Source of the DNA: Carcharhinus longimanus
Lineage: Eukaryota
Assembly: GCA_030264375.1 (NCBI GenBank)
Contig: JASCQW010000190.1
Location: 87,156,360-87,220,359, forward strand
Length of the DNA stretch: 64,000 bases
Direction of reading: 5' to 3'
The translations under genes were made by a program, and so were the position numbers. This document shows, in pieces, positions 48,691 through 58,845 of this stretch. Position 1 is the stretch's first letter; the number at the start of each line of letters is the position of its first letter. Below the pieces are notes generated by a model. The model saw only the letters and a program-made list of their open reading frames with translations, did not search any database and was not told the DNA's origin.

Positions 48691-48976
48691 AGTAACCAAT
48701 CTGAAAGGAATTGCGTAGGTTCCTCCTTCATCCACTGGGTAGCAGTATTGTAACACTTTAAATCTCTGTTTTTGTCTTGCTGGTTACATAATAGGGTGCA
48801 GCCTTAGAACCTGTGAAAAGGAATGTATCTCTCAATAATCCACTTAGTGCTGCTGAACCACGAACTGGATTATGACAATTGCCATCTGGTGGTGGGATAG
48901 AAATAGAAGCTCATAATCTGAAGTAAAAACAGCAGTGTGACTTGGTAGGGAATTGGTATTGATAGATGTGTGGGAA

Positions 48977-49208
48977 TGTGGTGATTGACACTTTAATGGC
49001 AACACAGCTGAAAAGGGTGACTAGCTTGGGGGGGGGTTGCAATTAGGGATGAGAGTGGGTAATCACCCCTGGGTGCGAAATCTGCTCCTGGGCAGAGAAT
49101 ATGAAGGGAGCTGGGACAGTCATATGGGTTGCTGGCCTCTCTACAGTTTTTCTAATTAACAAATATCTTTTGTGTTTCTAGTGAAGGCTGGGGAAGTGCA
49201 TCATTACA
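48977..49208 (+). repeat. 5' LTR of copy B (232 bp, TG...CA)
   Basis: TGTGGTGATTGACACTTTAATGGCAACAC...GTGCATCATTACA, homologous to 10571-10805 (minus). Confidence 0.85.
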
Positions 49209-49210
49209 TC

Positions 49211-49223
49211 TGGCGATGAAGAT
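49211..49223 (+). promoter_or_regulatory. Primer-binding site of the Gypsy element
   Basis: TGGCGATGAAGAT two bases after the LTR end; decayed form of the common Gypsy TGGCGACGAGGAT. Confidence 0.7.
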
Positions 49224-50861
49224 ACAATTATGAAACTGCCTCTGGCCCAACACCTGTGAGAATCTTGTTTTAATCGAAGTCTGAGAAACAGTACTCAGCC
49301 TAGTGCCTCTCTTTGGGTGAATCCCATTTGAGATGTTGTGATATTGCCAGGCCCTGAGTAATGGAAAATCAAGCTGCATGTTTGATAGAGAGAGAGCATT
49401 ACAAGACCGCTGGGCCAGAATCCACAAGAAGAATGAGCAAAATGCAGAAACGTACCTCAACTCACATTGTTGACTAGAGGCATGGTGGTCTGTGACACTC
49501 AGTGCATTGGAGAGATGGAGGGACAGACACAAAACAAACCTAAATCAAGAACTGTGCTTTAAGGTTAAAAATAGGAACAAAGAGTTGCTGCAAAGATTTG
49601 TTTTGAAGGGGAAAAGAGAACATAGGAAGTAATGTTTTGGATTGAAGAACTTCCCCCAGGAGTTGTATTAGAAAGTCAAGAGGCTTAGACGAACAAGTTC
49701 CTTTTTGGAGCACAGCCTGTGGGGGTTCCATGGCAGCAATTGTTGCATTTGTAGACTTCAAACAGAGAAATTCCAACATTTTTTGTGAAAAGGAGAAATC
49801 CTCGGCCTATTTGAAAAGAAGAAATTAAAAATCTTTAACATAAGCAATGCTCCTGAATGGACCACGCTGGATCTTCCAGTGAAATTGATGGACACATCAT
49901 AAAAGAAAATAAAACGGATTCTCCAGGCAGCAAGGAAAACAAAATCTGCAGAAATCACTAAAAGGGCTTTCTTTCAGTAAAATTGTTTTAAAAGTTCAAA
50001 ACAAAAGCAGACAGGCTCTTACCAAAACTTCAAAAGTGCGGAAGAACGCAGAAAGTTGTCAGCTGCTAAAAAGTTCAATGAAAAATAAGTGAAAATCTTA
50101 AAGTAATTCATTTAAAGTGAGTAATATATTTAATGTGGTAATGCACCTAAAGTAGCAATGGATGGGAAAATTGGAGAAGACCCCAGATAAAGACCAATTC
50201 TTAAAAAAGGCCCATAGGCAATGAAGACCTCAAGGAAAAGGCAATGCAAGACTTCAGAGGAGGCACTGAAAATCTTAAAGAAGAGGCAAGGCCAGGCCTC
50301 AGAGCAGGCAATGCAGACAGCAAGAAAGAGGCAACAGAAGATCTCAAAGAAGAGACAGCTAAGACCCATAAAAGTGGGCACTGTGAGACCCCAGATGGAG
50401 GGCACTGAGTCCCAAAGGGCAATTAAAGACACCAGAAGGGTAGGCAATTCAGGACCACAGAAGGAAGGCATTGCAAGATCCCAGAAAGCGAGTCATATAA
50501 GATCCCACGAGAAGAACGACAAGGAAATTGCAGAATGGAAACAAGTCAACACTTCATTGGAGGCAGACCTGATGAAATGTAAAGCCAAAAAGGGTTTGCT
50601 TGAAGTTAACACAGGTAAAATTGAAGGTTCCATTTGAAAATGCATATGTCCAGTAAGAACATGACGGATTCACCTGGGAAGAAGTACAAATGAAAGACTT
50701 CAAAAGAAATTAGAAACTATTCAACATAACAAGGAATCAACAAAAAGAGTTAAAGCTCTAGAGAAAACAAAATATCAAGATGAAATGACTGACAGCAAGC
50801 TTGAAAAAAGAGTTGCAAAAATTTACAAGATTAAGTTAAGGAGTACTTAATGAGAGAATGT

Positions 50862-51135
50862 AGAATTAGCTGAACTCCATGAAAAGCAACTCAAAAATAA
50901 GAACAAATCCAGCGAAGAATTGAATCAGGAGAATAAAAATTTTGAGAAAAAAGATTTGATCATGAGAAATTAATTGAAGAGGTAAAAAACATTGAATCAA
51001 CTGTTCAGAGTCAACTATTCAGACAGAGAAAGAAACAAATTATGAGCCAGAACAAGATTCCTGAAATTGTCGCAACAATAAAAGAAGCACAAGAACCAAT
51101 ATGATAAAATGGTTAATGAAAAAGATGCTAAATTG
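50862..51135 (+). pseudogene. SYCP1: SYCP1-like coding fragment (copy B)
   Basis: With frameshifts reads EKQLKNKNKSSEELNQENK / EKLIEEV / SQNKIPEIVATIK / KHKNQYDKMVNEKDAKL. Confidence 0.75.
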
Positions 51136-51581
51136 AAATGCTGGAAAGGGAAGAAATTTTATCTCATGATCTATGTACCAGAAACAGAGTACTACAATAT
51201 TCCTTCACATGTGACAGTTGAAGATTGTGAAAGAACTGTCAAGACATAAGATTTTATTATATTGTGATGACATATATCTACATGCATTATAATGTAAGGT
51301 GCTCAACAGAGCAAGGATCGATGTGAGATTGGAGAGTGGCACCATTCACAGAATGATGAACGTAGTCAGATAGTCAGAGAATAATTTAGGAGAGAACTCA
51401 GTAACCAGCGTACCTGCATGGAACAGCTCCATGCAAGATTACATTTTGAACTGTACACAGTTAAAACCTACCAAAAAACACTTTATGTTTAACAAATCGC
51501 AGGATCTCATCAATGAGCCATGACCACTGCAAGTATAAAAAACACACATTAAGAACATAATATGACATGGTGTCATAATAT

Positions 51582-51690
51582 GAAACTTTGATAATGGGTC
51601 AAGTTGGATCCCCAGAATTATTGCCACTGAGACTGGACCCCTGTCGTACCCAGTAGACATGGAGGGATGGATCATTCGTAAATATGTAAA
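51582..51690 (+). pseudogene. Gypsy integrase C-terminal remnant (continues at 53462-53665)
   Basis: NFDNGSSWIPRIIATETGPLSYPVDMEGWIIRKYV. Confidence 0.8.
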
Positions 51691-51694
51691 AAGT

Positions 51695-52012
51695 TGTTCT
51701 TGGGATTTGGGTGTTCTTGGCTGGGCCTGCGCTTATTGCCCATCCCTGAGGACAGTTAAGAATCCATCACTTTGCTGTGTATATGGAATCACATGTAAGC
51801 CAGACCAGCTAGGGATGATAGATTTCATTCGTTAAAGGACATTAGTGAATCAGATGGGTTTTTAATGATAATGATTTCATGGTCATCATTGGACTTTTAA
51901 TTCCAGCTATTTATTGAATTCAAATTTCATCATCTGCCATGGGGGATTTCATTCCAGGTCTCCAGAACATTGCCCTGGATTACTAGTCCAGCAACAATGC
52001 CACGACATCACT
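51695..52012 (-). mobile_element. Second-family tRNA SINE nested in copy B
   Basis: Reverse complement of the 18349-18700 family. Confidence 0.85.
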
Positions 52013-52089
52013 GTCTCTTTCATCCTGATACACTTGCCTGCACCCTCCTGTGTGTTATGTCTTCCGTTTTGTGCCACTGTGAAGATATC

Positions 52090-53200
52090 CTCATGTGGAA
52101 GATAACCTTCATCACCCTTTTCCAGTTCCTGCCCATCTAAGTCTTCATCATCCAAGGAAGTTGGAGCCTCCTGCATATCTCTTTCTGGCAAGTGATTTTC
52201 CCCTTGGACCCCGCACAACCTGGTGATTCAGCAGACACAAATGATGTGGAATACCCTCTGTGAAGAGTATAGCAATGTCCCACTTAAGTTGTTCAAACAC
52301 CAGGAGTATGTCTTCAGGATGCCAATGGTTTGCTCAATGATGAACCTTGACACAGAGTGTGCCACTTGTACCTCTCCTCTGAGGCATGACACATGGTGTA
52401 ATAAACCATCTCTTCAGCAAGTACCCCTTGCCACCCAGGAGCCAACCCTGTACACACTGTGACCCTTTGAATATCTGAGGCACCTGGGAGTGATTCAGGA
52501 TCTAGGAGTCATGGGAACTCCCAGAGTACCTGGCACAGACATGCATGATCTGCTTCTGATAATGGCAGATCAGCTCAATGTTAGGAGAGTGGAACCCATT
52601 AAAGTTAATAAAGATCAAAGCTATTACCAAGGAGTTCTTAAAGCAACATGTGTATTCTCAGTTGTACCCTGCACTTTGGTGAAGCATGAAATCACTACAA
52701 ATGCCAGACATCTCTCAGTTTGACAGGCTTTAACCCTTGTGAACTTTACATAATGATGAACCTTACTGTATCCGTCACCTCCATTATAGGTTTATGTGTT
52801 GCAGCCTGAGAGATGCTGCATCAGTTCCCTGTGGAAATAATTGAGTATGTCGATGAGCTTTAGGGGCACTTTCAGAGATAGCCTCTTATTCCATGCAGCA
52901 TATGGTTCTCTCATAGAATTCGGTAGATATTTGGATATGTGTGGCACTGCCATCTACAAATAGGAAAGGTGCTTTCGGGCAACTCTTGGTAGTGCCAATC
53001 ACCCCTGTGGGATGGATCTAACTTCCTCAGCCTCTGGATCTTCCTGGGACTCCTCTGGACCATGCTCCTCAGGCTGAGACTCTTTTCTAAGCTGTGCTTG
53101 AGGTGTTAGACCCTTCTTTGCCTCCTCAGGCTGAGCACTGCCACCAAGAAGGTAGCACTGGATGCAGTCTCCATTCTGCAATCCTCTTTCTTCCTGTGGA
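52090..53200 (-). pseudogene. PIF/Harbinger transposase relic nested in copy B
   Basis: Minus-strand SISQAATHKPIMEVTD, FINFNGFHSPNIELICH, CARYSGSSHDS, GWLLGGKGYLL, RFIIEQTIGILK motifs. Confidence 0.88.
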
Positions 53201-53689
53201 CAGATAGATCCAAGCAATTAATATGGATTAGTTAGTCATTCCGATTCTGACTTCTCAATAAAGCGTTCATGACTTTTATCAACTGAGACTTCATTTTCAT
53301 TTTGAGAACACAAGTGTGAGGGTTCCTCCTGAAAGGGCCCCTAGAAAAGCCTCTTCCCATATGCATCAGATTGCTCCTTTAGAGATTTCCTTACAGTTTC
53401 ATTTTTAAACTGCTAAACTGCATCATTGAAGTGGGGTTTCAAGTTGATGGTTCTATTCTTCAGAAGTAGCGGGAGATTCCAGCAGTCAGTCTTGCCATCA
53501 AGAAACATTTATGAACCTGAAAGTGCCAAAGTACCTGTTCGACCTGTAATGGACGTAACTGATTTTCTCCTTGGAAGCAAGTAGTAATTAACTGCCTGTG
53601 CCAGAAGAGGTACCTGTTATTGCAGTTCTGTAATCTGAGATGCTGTGGAAGCATCTCAGACTACAGAATTACACTGGTTAGCCATGGTA

Positions 53690-54333
53690 TTGGATAAGGA
53701 ACAATCCATCATATCAATAAAGAATTGGAATGGGTCAACTTCAATGGTGTGAGAACTGATCAGGCGCAGGTAAATGGAATCAAAGACTGGGAGGTAAAAT
53801 TATAACTGAACAATGGGATGTTTTTAAAGTTATAGTTCAGGCAGAATAAAAGAAAGGAGTCACAGGATGGGGGATGATGGTAGGGTAAGTAAACCTAGAG
53901 GTCCTTGAATGAAGAAAGGGATTGAGATTAAGGTGAAGCAAAAAAAAGATGCATATGGTACATGTTAGATTTTAAATGCAATTAAGAACTAGGTTGAATG
54001 TAGAAGGTTCATGGGGTGAAGTGAAAAAGCAAATAAGAATGGCAAAGGCAGAGTATGGAGACTGGCAGCTAACATAAAGGGGAATCAAAATTGGCTTATA
54101 AATAGAAAGGATTGAAGAAGAGTAAGGCTGATTAGAAATCTAAAAGGGGATTGACACATGGAGTCAGCATGGTTTAGGGACTAAATGAGTGCTTTGCATA
54201 TACCTTATCAAGGAAGAAGATAGCACCTAAGGGTAAAAGGCAAGAGAAAGGAACAAGTGAGTTGCTCTTGCAGGGCACTGATACAGAATTGGCAGGCTGA
54301 ATGTCTGTACTACAACAATTCTATGATTCTATG
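53690..54333 (+). mobile_element. Decayed CR1 fragment with (ATTCTATG)n tail
   Basis: gagactggcagctaacataaaggggaatc and taaatgagtgctttgcat CR1 linker motifs; tail CAATTCTATGATTCTATG. Confidence 0.65.
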
Positions 54334-54569
54334 AAGCTTGGGCTGTTTTAATTGATGGGGCTGATTCAAATAACCTTCAGTTGTTTCTTGCCTGATGCTT
54401 CAAAGACATCAGGCCCAACTGGTGGAAATGGAAATGGTGGTGAGAACATGTTTTCTTTGAACACTTCTCATTTGTTTGCAATAAATATATTGAAAATGGG
54501 GAAAGTTGCTTGAATGGCCAAAAAGGATGGATGTGGGAGGTCACATGATAAAAATTGCTGGCATACAGA

Positions 54570-54792
54570 GCACAATGATTAGATGCACAGCGATGCCAAC
54601 AGCACAGGTTCAATTCCCGTACTGGCTAAGATTATTCATGAAGGTCCACCTTCTTAAATCTTGTTCCTTGCCTGATGTTTGGTGATCCTCAGATTAAGCC
54701 ACGACCAGTCGGCTCCCCACCACCAACCACCGCCCCCCCCGCCACTTGTTGAGAGCAGTCTATGGTCATCTGGGACTGTGACAAGTTTATTT
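54570..54792 (+). mobile_element. Third tRNA-derived SINE family copy
   Basis: B box GGTTCAATTCCC; body TGGTGATCCTCAGATTAAGCCACGACCAGTC; end GCAGTCTATGGTCATCTGGGACTG. Confidence 0.55.
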
Positions 54793-55583
54793 TTTGCTTC
54801 CTTAGTGGAGTTAACGTCCATAATCTCTTTGCCCCTTCTGTAGTCTTTTATATTTCATTAATATTGATAAACCCATTCAGCGGTGTAATGCTTAGATTGG
54901 AAAGGATAAAAAGGACCTTTTCTCTGATGGAAAACCTCATGGCAGAGGTCTGAGGGTGACATGAGGGAGAATGAGCACAATATCTGTTGCTAGAGAAAAA
55001 ATAATTTTTTTCCCTTAATAACTAATTTCTGGTTGATTTATGTAATTTCTCAGAATAAGTATTCTGCCTGTTTTTAATGGAAAGGGAAATTTCACCACTA
55101 AAGGGATTTTAAAGAATAGATTCTTTTTAAGCAAAGAAATTTTGCTTTACCCTGATTTGTAGCAGCAGTGGGACAATGCGATGAGTCACAATGGTCTAAT
55201 TTTATTAAATTGTTGCTAGTTCGACTCAGTATTGCTAATTACATAGATTAAAAACTGATGGAAAGAACAATCAATATAAAAAGAGGCTGAATCATTTTCT
55301 GTGTATCACACTAACAGCACCTTTCTTGTTCATTGTTGTGATGCAACTTCATTTGAGAATGGTATCAAGTTGTTAACCTAGTTGCTGTTTGTCCATTGAA
55401 GTTAGCGTCTGTCACTTCATGCTGGGGTGGGATAGGTTTGTCAAAATCTTGCTAACCAAGTCTGATGATGAGAGATGTGTCTTCATGTTAGGAGTATGTC
55501 AGATGGAGAGAAATATCTGAGGCCTTGTGGAAAGTACTTAGCGTCTGTTGGGATTAGGTTAGCTGAATTCAACATCTTAATGA

Positions 55584-55908
55584 GTGGCACAATGGCTGCC
55601 ACTGCTGCCTCACAGCACTGTGGACCACCATCCCACCCTCCCCACCTCCAAGTTAAATTTCAGCATCAGATCAATGTGTGTCTGGAGTTTGCGCATTCTC
55701 CCATGTCTATGTGTGTTTCCTCCAGGTGCTCTGTCTTCCTCCCCGACTCCAAACATGTGCAGGTTAGGTGGATTGGCCCTTAGTGTCACAGGGACTAGCA
55801 GGATAAATTTGTGAGCTTACAGGGATAGGGCCTGGCTGGGATTATGGTTGGTGCAGACTCGATGGGCTGAATTGGCCTCCTTCTGCGCTGAGAGGATTTC
55901 TATGATTC
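55584..55908 (+). mobile_element. V-SINE, CR1-type tail (head partly replaced)
   Basis: CTGCTGCCTCACAGC; TGGAGTTTGCGCATTCTCCC; GATTTCTATGATTC. Confidence 0.8.
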
Positions 55909-56812
55909 AATAAGGAAATATCCCAGTCTGTTAAACTACTTCCTAATTGTAATAATGCAGGAAGTCTTATTAGAAAGGAGTGGTATTTATTATTAAACAT
56001 TAAATAAAGCCACTACTCCGTGGCGAACATAGACAAATCTCAACTTCATTTTTATTTAAATAATTCATCCAAATACAGTATAATTTCAGCACTCCATTTT
56101 GTCAGCCTCTTCAAAATAGATGCTGCTGAAACATGGTTTTGGATGAAGTATTAACAGGCATGTCCTGTTTCCTTCTCAATGAAGTTGAGAGGATGGCCAA
56201 TTTCCCATTAGCAATCACTTGTATTAATAAACTGCCGCAGTCAGGAAAACCATGGCAACCCCATTAATAGCCAGCACCAGCCTCTTCTCGATAAAGATTA
56301 ATAGCTTTTACACAATGGTAAATAATTAAAACAACAAGCTGATATAATCACACTGTCAACAGCAAATTTACAATGGCAATCATTATTTACTATTATGGGT
56401 TACTATTTCTACTCCTAAATACAGCAGAAAAGCAACCTCTCTTTCAACGAAAATGAAATCCATTGGAAGTTTAAGGTATCTGTCCAGGGTTTTGCCTTCT
56501 AGGACATGAGTCCCAACACAAACAATTGTTTTCACACAAGTCCCAACTTTCTTTTTATTTAAACAATTCATCCAAATATATTACAAGCCAAATATAATAA
56601 AATTGCACTGATAAATTATTAAAACAACAAGCTGATATAATCACAACTTCAACAGCAAATATACCATCCTTAATACAACAGCAAACAACCTCCCTTCCAA
56701 TGACAATGGAGCCCATTGCAAATTAAATTATCTGTCACCTTTCAGCTTTCGTTGTCCTGGGTTTCAACTTCTAGGACATATGAGTTTGAACCAAAACAAC
56801 AGTTTTCATATA

Positions 56813-57151
56813 GGTGGCATGATGGCACAATGCTTAGCAATGCTGCTTCAAAGCACCAGGGATCTGCATTCAATTCCAATCTTGGTTGACTGTCTGTGTG
56901 GAGTTTGCACATTCTCCTTGTGTCTCTGTTTCCTTTGGGTGCCCTGGTTCCTCCCACAATCCAAAGATGTGCAATTCAGGTGGGTTGATCATCCTAAATT
57001 GCCCCTTAGTGTCCCAAGCTGTGAAGGTTAGGGGGATTAGTGGGGTAAATACATGAGGTTATGAGGAAGGGGCTTGGGTGGGGTTCTCTGTTGGAGAGTT
57101 GGCACAGACTTGATGGGCCGAAAGGTGTTCTTTGGCATTGTAGGGATTTTA
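56813..57151 (+). mobile_element. V-SINE, CR1-type tail
   Basis: Head, V-domain TGTGTGGAGTTTGCACATTCTCC and tail TGTAGGGATTTTAT. Confidence 0.88.
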
Positions 57152-58845
57152 TAAAATACCAAGGGATAAAATTTCTCATGAGTCCCAAGTGGGACACCAG
57201 TTCCGCAGACCCTTTCCGGTGTCTGCCTTATAACGTACTCGGGTGACGAATTCCATTTGCACAGGCAATTACCCGTTACCAAGGGAACTCATGTTCATCA
57301 AGTTCTACAGGGTGATCAATTAGTGATTCCCCCATGAAATTCACTGAGGTTATCGCACTAATGGTCGAAGCATTATGCCACTGAAAGAGGCTTATCAACC
57401 TTAATGAAATATAAAAGAGATAAACCTGAAAAAGGAACAAACAAGAGATTACACAAACTTCAGTAATAGCATTCTGTATTTCATGTGGACAGAATTTGCA
57501 GATATTTTTCTGTTTGTTTGAAGCATACCTTTGAGATTCTTACTCACTTTGGGATATGTTAGGAAATGTTTATAGTTCTTTTACTAAGGAAACAGTGGGT
57601 TTGATTTTGACTTTCAGGAGACTCACCAGCTGATCAATCGCCCATTCTAGTGGTGATATTGTCTCTGTGCTTTTAGGCTCGTTTTAATTTTGTTAGATAA
57701 TGTGGAGAGCTTCCCAGATAGAACATTGCAAGAAAGCCAAAGCAGCCACCAGCAAAGCAAGTTGCATGGGTATAGTCAGGATAACAGTGTATGGGGGGGG
57801 GGGGGGGGGAANNNNNNNNNNNNNNNNNNNNNNNNNNNNNNNNNNNNNNNNNNNNNNNNNNNNNNNNNNNNNNNNNNNNNNNNNNNNNNNNNNNNNNNNN
57901 NNNNNNNNNNNGGCCGGGGTGGAGGGCAGAGCAGCAAATGAAAATAAAGAGCAGTGTATTTTGCCCTCGCCCTCAAGGTATTTATCCCTCTCCAGGGCTC
58001 AAAAATAATTCTGGATTTACCTTTGGGCCCTATCTCAGTTATGGGACTGATCAAATTCTCTGCTGCAAAGGGTCCAACCAGTCCTGACCCAAAATGGCAA
58101 ATACTTGAAACGGAAATTGAAGCCCCAGGAGGATGCCTATTAGCAATCAATTTGTACACTATGGCAGTCACATGTGAAATGGAGCCAGCCATATTGCTGG
58201 TGTGAACAAGGTGGTATAATATTACTGACCCCACTTTGAGGTCTGTTATTATCCTTTTTCATCATGTAATAAATGCAAGAAGAGACTAATTTGACATCTC
58301 ATTTTCACCTGACCCTTCTCTCACATTTAGTCTTCAATTTCTTTTCCTCATTCACTATATCTCTTAGCTCTTTATTTTCCTCAAAGCATGGTGCTCCTTT
58401 GTATTAATAGAATTCAAGCCAGTTGGTGAAATCAAAGCCAAAACACTGAGCTTTTCTTGAGAAGAAATTTTAATGACTTTTTTCACTCTCACGTAATCAG
58501 CTGTTCCCGTTTTATACTTCTTTAAAACAAAAACCAATAAGTTAAACAAAAGTAAGGGGGTGGTAGTCCCTGGTGGGGCACTATAACTCCAACAAAGTTC
58601 AAATAAAGGAAACTTAGTTAATTAAATTGATCGTTTCCAGGNNNNNNNNNNNNNNNNNNNNNNNNNNNNNNNNNNNNNNNNNNNNNNNNNNNNNNNNNNN
58701 NNNNNNNNNNNNNNNNNNNNNNNNNNNNNNNNNNNNNNNNNACTCCAACAAAGTTCAACTAAAGGAAACTTAGTTAATTAAACTGATCGTTTCCAGGGGT
58801 GATGATGCACACTGCCCTAGCGGTGCCCACTGACCACGGAAAGTT

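Larger units (their letters stand above)
48977..53665 (+). mobile_element. Non-autonomous Gypsy-type LTR retroelement, copy B (5' LTR, PBS, gag stub, SYCP1-like cargo, integrase tail; nested insertions ~51692-53460; 3' LTR lost)
   Basis: Colinear with the reverse complement of copy A; homology resumes at ~53462 (CAGCAGTCAGTCTTGCCATCAA...ACTGCCTGTGCCAGAAGAG) after the nested block. Confidence 0.85.

Noticed and set aside
50221-51135. Functional SYCP1 gene or intact 138-aa protein
   Set aside because: Frameshifts and stops, no introns, partial coverage, and embedded in an LTR element; the 138-aa ORF is mostly low-complexity repeat.
58586-58797. 56-bp direct repeat either side of a 100-N gap
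   Set aside because: Typical unmerged contig overlap or haplotype echo, not a biological repeat.
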